43,771 bases of DNA from a virus: UHGV virus genome UHGV-0190965. One strand, written 5' to 3'. Positions 21,401 through 30,030 of the stretch are shown here, in pieces; positions within the stretch are counted from its first letter, which is position 1; each line of letters opens with the position of its first letter. The notes beneath the pieces were generated by a model, which worked only from the letters and a program-made list of their open reading frames with translations, made no database searches and was not told the origin of the DNA. The translations under genes and the position numbers were made by a program.

Positions 21401-24400
21401 CAAATTCAAGTTGGATAAGGGCAAGGGACAGGGCAATGTTATCGCTGCGTATAATCCTTATATGCACTCGTCCAACCTTGTTATCAACGATCAGTTTAGC
21501 GGGGCGTACACGCGCGACAACCTTGTCACGGTGGAATGTGAAGTGCCTGTGAGTGAAGACACAAGCGGATACCATGCAGAAGGCGCGAAGGATTCTACCG
21601 GCTGGCATTCATGGCATACCGGTACTGTCGCAGGGCAGGTGCGAAAGGCAAGAGGAATTGAGCGGAAAGTATTTCTTTCCCGCTGGATTAAGCCTGTGCG
21701 CATTGTTCCTAATTCGGAAGTAGCGCAGATGTATAAAGAGCTGCTAAGCGATTCCGGCATTTCGGTTCCCGATAACGTGGTAACGCCGGACTTACTCAAG
21801 GAACTTCGCAAAGCGGGTGTGCCTATTAGTGAGAGCGGCAGGCTGACAAAGGAAGGCTCTAAGAAGCGCTATTCGCTGAAAGAGTACACCGACGAAGAGA
21901 AGAAGCAGCACCGCAAGGACGCGGACGAGTATTTCGGTCACACCTATAAGTGGTCGGAGACCGGATATATTCTGACGAACGGGAAAAAGCTCGACTTCTC
22001 CGGCAGGCACGAAGGCGGCCCCGGTGGATATCGCACGGTCGACCATCGAGATATCCGCGACGCGCTGGGCGATGACTACGGCGGCAGCGATTACAGCGGT
22101 AGCATGGTCCAGTTTATGAGCGAGGGCAATATCCGCATTTCGCCGGAAAGCGGCGGCATCAACCTCTCTGTCATGCCGACGAAGAATCAGCTTGATTCCC
22201 TCTCCGATTTTATCAGCCACAACCGCGGAGAGGTCATCCTTGACCTCGATACGCCTGACGGGCAGACGGTTTCGAGCACGGAATATCCGCGCGGCACACA
22301 CGCAAACAAGGTGCTTTCCGATATCAAGGCCTACTTTGAAGACGGCACGACGCCGCAGGTATCAAGCCTTGCGCAGTTCCTATCCCTCAAAGGCACAGAG
22401 AATGCGCAGGAGCTCGCGGCGCTCAAGCGCGAGAACGAGACCTTACGCCAGCGCGTGGACTACTGGAAGGGGCAGACGCGCCGCAGCGAGGGTGTGCGCA
22501 CCGACAGCAGGAGCGTCCAGCAGGCGGCAAAGAAGCTCGTGAAGGACTACGGCGCGGAGATCGACAGCGGTGAGATCGACGGCGACCTCGCAAACCTCTA
22601 CGACTACATTGCACGCGGCGGTGACGAGACCGGCGATCTCTCCTATACCGAGGCGAGAAGCCGTGCGGACGCCATTGCCCAGCGTATCGCCGAAAGCGCC
22701 ATTGCAAAGGATGACGAGGTATACCGCGAATACAGCGAGTTGCGCAAGTACCTCAAGGATACGAAGATCACGCTTTCTGCCGAGGACGCGGCGGAGATCA
22801 CGGATTATGCCGACTTCCGACGCGGGCTCTTTGGCAAGGTGAATCTTGGTAAGGGCGAGCACACGAACGTCGATCAGGTCTATTCTGAGCTGGCGGAAAG
22901 CTACCCTGAGTTTTTCAGCGAGACGCGCGAGAATAACGTGAGCGACCAGATCAGCCGTATTGCCGAGGTGGCGAACGAGCTCTACAACGTGGGCGAATAT
23001 AACCCGTTTGAGGGCTATATGGGTCAGGCGGTCAGCGCCATTTCCAACGATATCATGGAACGATTTTTCGATCTACCGCAGGCAAAGAAGACCTTCGCCG
23101 ATGTGCAGGCGGAAAAGCTGGATGCAGCGAAGGCAGCGGGCCGCAAGGCTGCGGAGGATGCAAGGCTTGCCGGTCAGATGGCGCAGGGGCGCACGGACGC
23201 GGTGAGACTGCGCCGCACGCAGGAGGCCTTGCAGAAGGCACGCACGCAGCAGGCGGAAAAGCTGGATGCGCTGAAAAACCGTTACCGCGAGAAGGATGCA
23301 ACGCGCCGCGAGGGGCAGAAGCGCCGCGAGCTGCGCGCGAAGATCACGCGGCACGCGAAAGACCTGTCGAAGAAGCTACTGCGCCCGACGGACACGAAGC
23401 ACATCCCCGAGAATATGCGCTCGGCGGTGGCGGCAGTGCTGAACAGCATCAATCAGGAGAGCGCCTACACCGTAGACGAAAGCGGCAAGCGCGTCTATGA
23501 CGGCAGCGGCACGCCGACGCAGCGCACGCAGGCATTCGAAGCACTCCGAGATCAGTATGCGAAAATTCTTTCAGGGAAAGAGGCGGATGGCGGCGATATG
23601 GTCATCGACCCGTCGCTGTTTGGCACAGACGGTAAGGACGGCTTGCTTGGACAGGTTATCGGCATGAAGGATAAGCGGCTCTCTGAGCTGACGCGCGAAG
23701 AGCTCGGGACGATGTGGAAGACCATCCGCGCGGTGGAGAAATCTGTCTCGACGGCGGGCAAGGTGCTGTCGAAGAGCAAATTCGAGACCACAAAGCAGAT
23801 GGCGGATGCTTTCAAGACCGACGTGAGCACGCGCCGGAAGAAGCTCGGCGGCAATACGACGATCAGCTTGGAAACGCCGTACACGTTCTTCGCACACTAC
23901 GGCGAGACGGGCAAGAGCATCTACCGGATGCTGCGCAATGCGCAGGATCAACAGGAGGTCATGGCACGTGACATCGCCGAGAAGACGCAAAAGGTGCTCG
24001 GCGACGAGCTGGGCGCGGCGGGATTCAAGGATGTTGCGGGCAAGGCCATCCACGGCGACCTGAAAGGCGCGCTGCGCGACGCGCGCGGCAGCGCCATCGG
24101 CAAGTGGGAGGCAGAGACGCACGACATCATTACCGACGGCAAGGACAAACTGACACTGACAACGCCACAGATCATGGAGCTGTACCTTCTGAGCAAGCGC
24201 AAGCAGGCGCTCGACCATCTGCTCGGCGGCGGTGTATACCAACCGGAGATCAAGAGCGCGGAGACCGGCAGGACGAAGGTGCGGCGCGGCACGCAGCAGG
24301 TCTTTTTGACCGATGGCGATATCGAGCGCATCACGGGCAAGCTGACGGACGAGCAGAAGCGCGTGGCGGACGGCTTGCAGGAGTTGACCGCGACGACGCT

Positions 24401-26756
24401 TGCCAAATACGGCAACGACGCCAGCATGCAGGCCTACGGCTACCGCAAATTCACCGAGAAGAATTACTGGCCCATCAAGTCGGCGGAGGCAAACTTGCAC
24501 ACAGACACCGAAAAGGACAGCGGCAACGTGCGCTCCATCAAAAATATCGGCATGGCGCAGCAGGTGACGCCGAACGCAAACAACGCCGTGGAGCTGCGCA
24601 GCGTCTTTGATACGTTCGCCGATCATGCGTCCGACATGATCGACTACGCAGCATGGCTCGCGCCGATGGAGGACGCGAACCGGTTCTTCAACTTCCAGTG
24701 GCGGAACGACACGGGAAAGACGACCATGACCGTCAAGGGTCTGCTCAACGAAAAGGGCGGCGAGGGCGCGCAGCAGTATTGGATGAAACTGATGGGAGAT
24801 ATTCAGAACGGCATCAGCGGGAAAGACTTTGAGCCGATCACGGGAACCTTTGCAAAATATGTGGGCAAATTCAAGGGGGCTGCGGTCGGGGCAAATATCC
24901 GCGTCGTCATCCAGCAGCCGACGGCATTCTTCCGCGCGTCTGCCGTGTTGAATCCTGCCGATATGGCAAAGGGGCTGACCGGCGGCGTAACAAAGGGAAA
25001 TGGTTGGGAAAAGGCCGTGGAGTATTCTCCTATCGCCATGCGTAAGGATGTGGGCAGCTTCGATATCGCGTCGCCATATACGCTGAAAGAGCGCTTCTAC
25101 GGGAAAGAGGGCGTGACGAACAAGCTGAATGACCTTGCAGGCGCAGCGGCAGGCAAGGCGGACGCCGTGACGTGGGGGAAGCTGTGGAACGCCTGCGAAT
25201 GGCAGGTGAAGCGCGAGAAGCCCAACGTCCGCGCAGGCAGCAACGAATTTTACAGCGCGGTCAACGACGTGTTCTCCGACATGATCGACCAGACGCAGGT
25301 CGTCGACGGTATCTTGCAGCGCAGCAACATCATGCGCGGAAAGAGCGCGCTTTCGCAGCAGGCGACGGCTTTCATGGGCGAACCGATCATGAGCCTGAAC
25401 GTGCTGATGCGCAGCTATGACGCGTTTCGCTACGAGGAGAACCCGGCGAAGCGCAGCAAGGCCCTCAAAAATGTCGGGCGCGCGGCGACGGCGCTGCTGG
25501 TGACGAACGTTGTAAACGCGCTGGCACAGAGCGTGGTCGATGGGCTGCGTGATGACGACCGCGACAAGGACTACTGGGAGAAATTCCTTTCAGCTTTCAC
25601 GGGCGTAGAGGGCGACGAAAACAATGCACTCGAGCGCGTGTCAAACATTTTGCTCAACGGCAATGTCGGGGATAACATGAATCCCATTGGGCAAATCCCG
25701 TTTGTGAAGGATATCCTTTCACTGGCGCAGGGATACGACGTGTCAAGGCCAGATATGGAAATTTTTTCCGATCTTGTGAATGCAACAAAGACGTTTATCG
25801 ACAGCGCAGGCGGCAATGGGAAGAAGACGCGCAAGGAAGCGACGCTCGGTTTGATCGCAGCATCGAGCAAGCTCTTTGGGCTTCCGGTCTACAACATCAA
25901 GCGCGACCTGACGGCGACGCTGCGCACCGTGGCGCAGGCGAGCGGCAGCCTCGGATTCCAGTACGAGGTGGAGAAGTTCAGCTACAACCTCGAGAACAGC
26001 AGCAACAAGAGCCAATTTATCTCCATCCTCTACGACGCGCTGGAACAGGGCGACTACACGACCTATGAGCACATCCGCCGCGACCTGATGGAGCAGATGG
26101 GCCTTGACGGCGAGAGCATCCAGAGCAGTCTCAAGACCCGCTACAAGAAGGAAACTGAGAGCGAGGCAAACTATTCGCTCCCGCAGAAGTCGCTCGACCT
26201 GCTGGGCATCCGCGGGAAGTATGCCTACGACAGCGGCGAAATCGATGAGAAGTTCAGCGCGGCAGACCTGAACGCGAGCGCGTTCAGCAAGTACGAGACG
26301 CAGAAGAGTGAGACTTACCGCACGCAGGCTGACAAGGCGACGAGCAGCGGCGCATTCTCCCGCCTTTCTGACGAGGGCAAGGACAAGGCGCTCGGCTACG
26401 TTGAGAGCTACGCCGAGGCGATGGCGCTGAAAGAGAACTCCGGCGGGCAGTATGAGATCACGACGAAATGGATCCAAAACGCGCAGGAGGCACAGAAGCA
26501 GTACCGCATCGACCCGGGCGTGTTCGCGGCCTGTAAGGCGGCGGCGAGCGAGTGCGAGAGCCTGAAAGACAAGAACGGCGACAGCATCGATTACAGCAAG
26601 GGATTACAGATCATGGAAATGCTGTTCCGCTCGGGTCTCAACGAGCAGCAGCGCACGGCGATGTATGAATATCTGGACGTGCCGAAGAAAATTCGCCATT
26701 GGAACCGCGCAAGGGTGGACGAACAGCTTGCAATCGCACGGAAGAAAGCGGTGTAA
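18426..26756 (+). CDS. Giant polyvalent ejection protein (2776 aa) with HExxH metallopeptidase and variable effector domains
   Basis: GHEWTH at 20139-20156 with downstream Glu residues (EALDEAAA); domain blocks bounded by RFEIK/RYSLR/RYSLK/FLSLK; last gene of the virion operon. Confidence 0.8.
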   Translation: MGKLVALNTNNEEKKLKTEQPIATTVAQGRRGKLMQTGSASAPVSSPPTVYRTSPVKTAPVTRQNVVMPKTPTQGGASPMFRQQNVVTPKWQSPIMQGLNSGALQQQNAKPYQSKEALEQHVKDVKPQTVAQRVGNTLKGAAKTYGAGFVNLSGVAAQGQGGTAMSPVYRSQAETLDQQIAALEATLSDPTMTAQDIADTKEAIANARSEREKYGKIIESEGKTVEGAYDIADRLADSGTRDINKAKSGLGKVGQLAVDVGVAGAQMGADAVLGLATGGSALFPMFMRSAGGSAQEARRAGATHEQQVNYGLASGALSVATEKIANVAAPFKKMFGGGFLDNAIDGALARMNGSAAGKIALSFLSEGGEEVIEDLLQPALQTIYNGKSLGGSYSEMEASEIINDFLVGGILGGLGGGVEVAANRFARFDNSLGESGRKAIRGSYREGKDTAEHVKDFIPAYNAGVEGKENPNPTSETAYAGYVAGQNDAKKEARKKTFAQESDGGSGLVYDDYVSREMDNATADEINTVAKALGVRVRMADEVMGGKANGVIEGNEIRIAKDAQDPVMQVVGHEWTHRVQELAPEQYTAFRNAIMEDPDVAEAANILHEQYNRMGVETSMDEALDEAAANYAGEMIANTDVLNEFIRRHSADRTLLEKLRDAIREIVGKLTGKAKQQAQTAEGLLQQAFEAAAQNSKNAATGGGKSRFEIKTLDDGRSYVKADRQVLEGDDPKQWGVQLQNYINSEIRKGNDIVLPTTDGGIVRLTERSAYKLADDKSTDLKTHQKTQLSDEAYRLKETAASHIDEIILTGEFSHNMEDIGGVHENDIGEDGFNSYVSYFEDSDGQYYRVSFVSALNGNEETAYSIGNIQKRKKPTTGNGSSARESSALNGGRLSERSVPQSEGNVNRVDPSARKGDDIRYDDARYSLRVTDKDTLDYLEKQKTLKTYKTMQVVDGKLYPPMAARVDGKYEDASELGAWEMAVERPDLVKDGKFKLDKGKGQGNVIAAYNPYMHSSNLVINDQFSGAYTRDNLVTVECEVPVSEDTSGYHAEGAKDSTGWHSWHTGTVAGQVRKARGIERKVFLSRWIKPVRIVPNSEVAQMYKELLSDSGISVPDNVVTPDLLKELRKAGVPISESGRLTKEGSKKRYSLKEYTDEEKKQHRKDADEYFGHTYKWSETGYILTNGKKLDFSGRHEGGPGGYRTVDHRDIRDALGDDYGGSDYSGSMVQFMSEGNIRISPESGGINLSVMPTKNQLDSLSDFISHNRGEVILDLDTPDGQTVSSTEYPRGTHANKVLSDIKAYFEDGTTPQVSSLAQFLSLKGTENAQELAALKRENETLRQRVDYWKGQTRRSEGVRTDSRSVQQAAKKLVKDYGAEIDSGEIDGDLANLYDYIARGGDETGDLSYTEARSRADAIAQRIAESAIAKDDEVYREYSELRKYLKDTKITLSAEDAAEITDYADFRRGLFGKVNLGKGEHTNVDQVYSELAESYPEFFSETRENNVSDQISRIAEVANELYNVGEYNPFEGYMGQAVSAISNDIMERFFDLPQAKKTFADVQAEKLDAAKAAGRKAAEDARLAGQMAQGRTDAVRLRRTQEALQKARTQQAEKLDALKNRYREKDATRREGQKRRELRAKITRHAKDLSKKLLRPTDTKHIPENMRSAVAAVLNSINQESAYTVDESGKRVYDGSGTPTQRTQAFEALRDQYAKILSGKEADGGDMVIDPSLFGTDGKDGLLGQVIGMKDKRLSELTREELGTMWKTIRAVEKSVSTAGKVLSKSKFETTKQMADAFKTDVSTRRKKLGGNTTISLETPYTFFAHYGETGKSIYRMLRNAQDQQEVMARDIAEKTQKVLGDELGAAGFKDVAGKAIHGDLKGALRDARGSAIGKWEAETHDIITDGKDKLTLTTPQIMELYLLSKRKQALDHLLGGGVYQPEIKSAETGRTKVRRGTQQVFLTDGDIERITGKLTDEQKRVADGLQELTATTLAKYGNDASMQAYGYRKFTEKNYWPIKSAEANLHTDTEKDSGNVRSIKNIGMAQQVTPNANNAVELRSVFDTFADHASDMIDYAAWLAPMEDANRFFNFQWRNDTGKTTMTVKGLLNEKGGEGAQQYWMKLMGDIQNGISGKDFEPITGTFAKYVGKFKGAAVGANIRVVIQQPTAFFRASAVLNPADMAKGLTGGVTKGNGWEKAVEYSPIAMRKDVGSFDIASPYTLKERFYGKEGVTNKLNDLAGAAAGKADAVTWGKLWNACEWQVKREKPNVRAGSNEFYSAVNDVFSDMIDQTQVVDGILQRSNIMRGKSALSQQATAFMGEPIMSLNVLMRSYDAFRYEENPAKRSKALKNVGRAATALLVTNVVNALAQSVVDGLRDDDRDKDYWEKFLSAFTGVEGDENNALERVSNILLNGNVGDNMNPIGQIPFVKDILSLAQGYDVSRPDMEIFSDLVNATKTFIDSAGGNGKKTRKEATLGLIAASSKLFGLPVYNIKRDLTATLRTVAQASGSLGFQYEVEKFSYNLENSSNKSQFISILYDALEQGDYTTYEHIRRDLMEQMGLDGESIQSSLKTRYKKETESEANYSLPQKSLDLLGIRGKYAYDSGEIDEKFSAADLNASAFSKYETQKSETYRTQADKATSSGAFSRLSDEGKDKALGYVESYAEAMALKENSGGQYEITTKWIQNAQEAQKQYRIDPGVFAACKAAASECESLKDKNGDSIDYSKGLQIMEMLFRSGLNEQQRTAMYEYLDVPKKIRHWNRARVDEQLAIARKKAV
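20514..20538 (-). terminator. Antisense intrinsic terminator inside the giant gene
   Basis: Minus strand reads TGCCGCC-CCCCGT-GGCGGCA-TTTTT. Confidence 0.55.
21042..21110 (-). ncRNA. Predicted ~70-nt antisense hairpin sRNA embedded in the giant gene
   Basis: 13-bp closing stem (G-U on the minus strand, mismatch on the plus strand), inner 6-bp hairpin, U5 tail; starts 7 nt after a -10 box. Confidence 0.6.
21117..21145 (-). promoter_or_regulatory. Sigma-A-type antisense promoter
   Basis: Minus strand TTGACA-17 nt-TACACT. Confidence 0.65.
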
Positions 26757-26760
26757 AGAG

Positions 26761-26794
26761 AAAGAACCTGTCGGGATTCCTGACAGGTTCTTTT
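26761..26794 (+). terminator. Terminator ending the virion operon
   Basis: AAAGAACCTGTCGGG-ATT-CCTGACAGGTTCTTTT. Confidence 0.85.
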
Positions 26795-26796
26795 GC

Positions 26797-26831
26797 CCCG
26801 TGGTGAATTTGCGGGGGCGGCATGATAGGCT
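26797..26831 (+). promoter_or_regulatory. Putative late promoter 3 (lysis operon)
   Basis: CCCGTGGTGA-N16-TGA-TAGGCT. Confidence 0.7.
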
Positions 26832-26867
26832 CATGGGAGAACACCAAAAAATAAGGGGGCGTGAAAA

Positions 26868-27170
26868 ATGGATAATGCAAAGCGCTACGATGATGCAGCG
26901 ATCGCGCTGATCGAAAGCCGATGCAAGAGCAACACCCACCGCATCGACGAGTTACAAGAGCATCAAACGGCGCTGGACAGGCTGGCAACGTCGGTCGAGG
27001 TGTTGGCGACCAAGCAGGAGACCGTCGAGGGCGATGTCAAGGAGATCAAAGAGGACGTGAAAGCCATCACGGGCAAGGCGGGTAAGCGCTGGGACAGCCT
27101 GGTCGACAAGGCTCTCGCGGTGCTGGCGGGCGCGTTTATCGCGTGGCTGCTGACAGGTGTGGTCGGATGA
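26868..27170 (+). CDS. XhlA-like coiled-coil membrane protein (lysis module)
   Basis: KSNTHRIDEL coiled coil and one C-terminal TM segment. Confidence 0.7.
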   Translation: MDNAKRYDDAAIALIESRCKSNTHRIDELQEHQTALDRLATSVEVLATKQETVEGDVKEIKEDVKAITGKAGKRWDSLVDKALAVLAGAFIAWLLTGVVG

Positions 27171-27412
27171 AGCACCTTATCAAAAAGGCATCGAAATTGC
27201 GAACGAGGAACATCATTTTGATTATCGTTGGCATTTTCATCGCCGCTTTTGTGATCTACACGGTCATCTTTTACAGCATTAAGGGGTGGCAGTGGGACAA
27301 CCTCTTTCCGTACCTGCTGGGTACGGGAGGCATCATCGAAGCTTTTACCGGGCTTCTGACACTGGTGGAAATTATCGTTGGAAGACGAAAGGAGAAGAAA
27401 AATGAAATTTGA
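27167..27412 (+). CDS. Two-TM membrane protein (holin/antiholin-like)
   Basis: Two hydrophobic segments with basic termini; ATGA-coupled. Confidence 0.65.
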   Translation: MKHLIKKASKLRTRNIILIIVGIFIAAFVIYTVIFYSIKGWQWDNLFPYLLGTGGIIEAFTGLLTLVEIIVGRRKEKKNEI

Positions 27413-27626
27413 AATGAGCAACAAGGTATACGACGTCCTCAAGTGGCTGGTGCTCATCGTACTGCCTGCCTGTTCCGGCCTCTACGCCGCGCTGGCGGGC
27501 GTGTGGGGGTGGGGCTACACCGAGCAGGTGACGACCACCATCAGCGCGATTGCGCTCTTCATCGGCGCGCTGATTGGCGTGTCGACGTCCAGCTACAACA
27601 AGGAGAGCAAAAATGTATCACAGTAG
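27402..27626 (+). CDS. Holin (Dp-1 family-like)
   Basis: MSNKVYDVLKWLVLIVLPA...FIGALIGVSTSSY. Confidence 0.85.
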   Translation: MKFEMSNKVYDVLKWLVLIVLPACSGLYAALAGVWGWGYTEQVTTTISAIALFIGALIGVSTSSYNKESKNVSQ

Positions 27627-28221
27627 GGACATTGCCGACCTGCGGGCGGACGTGCGGCGAAACTGCGTCATCTTCCTTGACCTCTGCAAGCAGGCGGGGC
27701 TTCCGGTTCTGGTGACGGAGACGGTCAGGGATGACGAGTATCAGCGCTATCTTGCCGCGAACGGCTACGCGGCAAAAACCGCGACAAGGCCGACGTTTCA
27801 CGGCGTCAAGGCCGGTCTGGCGTTCGACATCTGCAAAAACGTCAAGGGGCATGAGTACGACGATCCGTCGTTTTTCGCCCGCTGCGGGCAGATCGGCAAG
27901 CAGGTCGGCTTTTCGTGGGGCGGCGACTGGAAGAAATTTCCGGACCGGCCGCACTTCCAGTGGGACGACCATATGCGATACACAGGGAGCATGATTTTGG
28001 CGGGAATGTATCCGCCGGGAATGGAGGAGTACATGGATCAGGCAACATTTAACAAGATGATGGACGCATGGCTCGCGCAGCAGCGCACCAAACCCGCCTC
28101 CACGTGGGCAGCGAAGGACTGGGCGGCGGCAAAGGCAGCAGGCATCACGGACGGCAGCGCCCCGCAGGGGCTTATCACGCGGCAGGAAGCCGTGACGATG
28201 ATCCAGAGAGCGACAAAATAA
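27613..28221 (+). CDS. Endolysin, peptidase M15 family with SLH-like C-terminus
   Basis: ETVR...Q, H...GLAFD, WGGDW...DRPHFQ and ITRQEAVTMI motifs. Confidence 0.85.
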   Translation: MYHSRDIADLRADVRRNCVIFLDLCKQAGLPVLVTETVRDDEYQRYLAANGYAAKTATRPTFHGVKAGLAFDICKNVKGHEYDDPSFFARCGQIGKQVGFSWGGDWKKFPDRPHFQWDDHMRYTGSMILAGMYPPGMEEYMDQATFNKMMDAWLAQQRTKPASTWAAKDWAAAKAAGITDGSAPQGLITRQEAVTMIQRATK

Positions 28222-28299
28222 CGGTGTCCGATTTGGGCACGGGAAGGAGCGGACGGCGAAAGCCACGCGAAAGCGCTCTGCAACGTCCCAGAAAGGGAC

Positions 28300-28560
28300 A
28301 TGGACAGTCAGCACAGGTCTATCCGTGCGCAATTATCCTCTATGGCTCCCAAGCGGGCCGTGGCGTATATCCTGTCATTTGAGTTACCAGATGACGAGGC
28401 GGCGTGCATCATTGAGTGCGACGTGCGGCGCAAGAGCTGTGTGCAAGTTGCATTTGAAAGAAATCTCTCTGTCGATGCGGTGAAAAAATACCGCCGCCGC
28501 GCGTATCATAAAATTGCATCTGAACTATATGAAAAAAGAAACGGCCTTGCCATTTGGTAA
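28300..28560 (+). CDS. Small LuxR/GerE/sigma-region-4-like HTH regulator
   Basis: KSCVQVAFERNLSVDAVKKYRRRAYHKI HTH pattern. Confidence 0.7.
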   Translation: MDSQHRSIRAQLSSMAPKRAVAYILSFELPDDEAACIIECDVRRKSCVQVAFERNLSVDAVKKYRRRAYHKIASELYEKRNGLAIW

Positions 28561-28576
28561 GGGCCGTTTCTTTTTT
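28532..28576. terminator. Bidirectional terminator
   Basis: AAAAAAGAAACGGCC...GGCCGTTTCTTTTTT. Confidence 0.8.
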
Positions 28577-28664
28577 GTGAAAAGGCAGGCCAGGATCGAC
28601 CTGTAAGCACAAAATACCATTTTTCGAGCAAAAACGCAAGCAGAATCATTCGACATTTTCCGAC

Positions 28665-28717
28665 GCACTTTGCATACACTTTACAGGCACTTTTGGGGGC
28701 CTGTTTTTTTGTACCAT
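28665..28717 (+). promoter_or_regulatory. Three RCACTTT direct repeats (11-bp period) and -10 box upstream of the accessory cassette
   Basis: GCACTTT 28665, ACACTTT 28676, GCACTTT 28687; TACCAT 28712-28717. Confidence 0.6.
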
Positions 28718-28741
28718 GAGAGCAACAAAGGAGGTGCGCGC

Positions 28742-29134
28742 ATGGGATACTTTGGCAATCCTTATCAGCCCCAGCCGATGGGGTATAACCCCTACGGTGG
28801 ATATGCCCCTGCAAGCCAACAGAACGGCGCAGGAGCGATGCAGGCGTTCGTGGGTCAAATTACCCGCGTGAACGGGAGAAACGGCGCAGAGGCGTTCAGG
28901 CTCGCTCCGAACAGCTCTATTTTGCTGATGGATGAGAACGACCCCATTGTCTGGCTCAAACAAACGGACGGTGCGGGGTATGCCACCGTTACGCCGTACA
29001 CAGTCGCACCGTATCATGCGGCTGCGCCAGTAGACGTCAACAGTCTTGAAAACCGCGTGAAGAGATTGGAGGAAATACTCAATGCCAAATCCGATGATGC
29101 AGATGCTGCAGAGAAGCAGCAGAAGACCAAATAA
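28742..29134 (+). CDS. Cassette protein 1 (Y/P/Q low-complexity N-terminus, small globular domain, coiled coil)
   Basis: AAGGAGGT SD; 130 aa. Confidence 0.8.
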   Translation: MGYFGNPYQPQPMGYNPYGGYAPASQQNGAGAMQAFVGQITRVNGRNGAEAFRLAPNSSILLMDENDPIVWLKQTDGAGYATVTPYTVAPYHAAAPVDVNSLENRVKRLEEILNAKSDDADAAEKQQKTK

Positions 29135-29297
29135 CCCTCTTGCGATGTTGGGAGAATTTCGCAAGTTTGCTCGAGGCATGACGCCTCAGAAAGCGCAGCA
29201 GGAGATCGAGCGCCTTTTGCAGTCTGGGCAAATGTCTCAGGAGCAGTTTCAGCAGCTCCAAGAGCAAGCGAAAGAATTCATGCAATTTCTGAAATAA
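29082..29297 (+). CDS. Cassette protein 2 (Q/M-rich helical)
   Basis: GGAGG SD; NPMMQML...LLQSGQMSQEQFQQL. Confidence 0.75.
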   Translation: MPNPMMQMLQRSSRRPNNPLAMLGEFRKFARGMTPQKAQQEIERLLQSGQMSQEQFQQLQEQAKEFMQFLK

Positions 29298-29350
29298 GCC
29301 GGTGCGCAACGGTTTATTTATAAAATTCTTTCAGGAAGGAGTTTTGACAC

Positions 29351-29959
29351 ATGGATAGTGGTATGTCTCTCAGCGATATCGCCGCTGTCACCCGCGGTGC
29401 GAACGATGAGAACGGCTGGGGTTCCGGTTGGTTCCTCATTGTCGTGCTCTTCCTCTTTATGTTCGGCTTTGGCGGCAACGGATGGAACCGCCAGGGCGAG
29501 TTTGGCCAGTACGCCACGGCTGCGTCGCAGCAGGAGATCCTTTTCGGCCAGCAGTTTGGCCAGCTGAACGACCGCCTGACCAACATCGGAAACGGCATCT
29601 GCAATCTCGGCTACGAGATGCAGGGCGGCATCGGTCAGCTGGGCAAGGAGGTCGCGCTCGCGCAGAACGGCACGAACATGACCATCATGCAGACCGGCAA
29701 CGACATCCAGCGCCAGATGGCAGACTGCTGCTGCACCACGCAGCGCGGCCTTGACGCCATCAACGCCAACATCGACGCGAAGTTCGCAGCGCTCGAAAAG
29801 AGCCAGCTCGAAGGCCGCATCGCCCAGCTTGAGCAGGCCAACAACCAGCTCTATCTGCGCGAGCAGATGTGCGGTGTCGTGCGCTATCCCAGCGGCTACA
29901 CCTACAGCGCGGGCAACTCCCCGTTCTGTGGCTGCGGCTGCGGCAACGGCAACATTTGA
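29351..29959 (+). CDS. Cassette protein 3 (hydrophobic helix, Gly-rich linker, coiled coil with CCC, Cys-rich tail)
   Basis: AAGGAG SD; WFLIVVLFLFMF, ADCCC and FCGCGCG. Confidence 0.85.
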   Translation: MDSGMSLSDIAAVTRGANDENGWGSGWFLIVVLFLFMFGFGGNGWNRQGEFGQYATAASQQEILFGQQFGQLNDRLTNIGNGICNLGYEMQGGIGQLGKEVALAQNGTNMTIMQTGNDIQRQMADCCCTTQRGLDAINANIDAKFAALEKSQLEGRIAQLEQANNQLYLREQMCGVVRYPSGYTYSAGNSPFCGCGCGNGNI

Positions 29960-29978
29960 CGCCCTATTTGGCGAGGCG

Positions 29979-30008
29979 AGCGGGGCGGCAACAGCTGCTC
30001 CGCTTTTT
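29979..30008 (+). terminator. Internal terminator/attenuator in the cassette
   Basis: AGCGGGGCGGC-AACA-GCTGCTCCGCT-TTTT. Confidence 0.6.
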
Positions 30009-30030
30009 AATTTTTTAGGAGGGAAAAAAT

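Noticed and set aside
25616..25746. Other reverse-strand TTGACA hexamers in the giant gene
   Set aside because: No -10-like box at 17-nt spacing, unlike the site at 21117-21145.
18426..26756. Tape-measure protein or virion RNA polymerase
   Set aside because: No tail tube or chaperone genes and no polymerase motifs recognised; architecture fits a podoviral polyvalent ejection protein.
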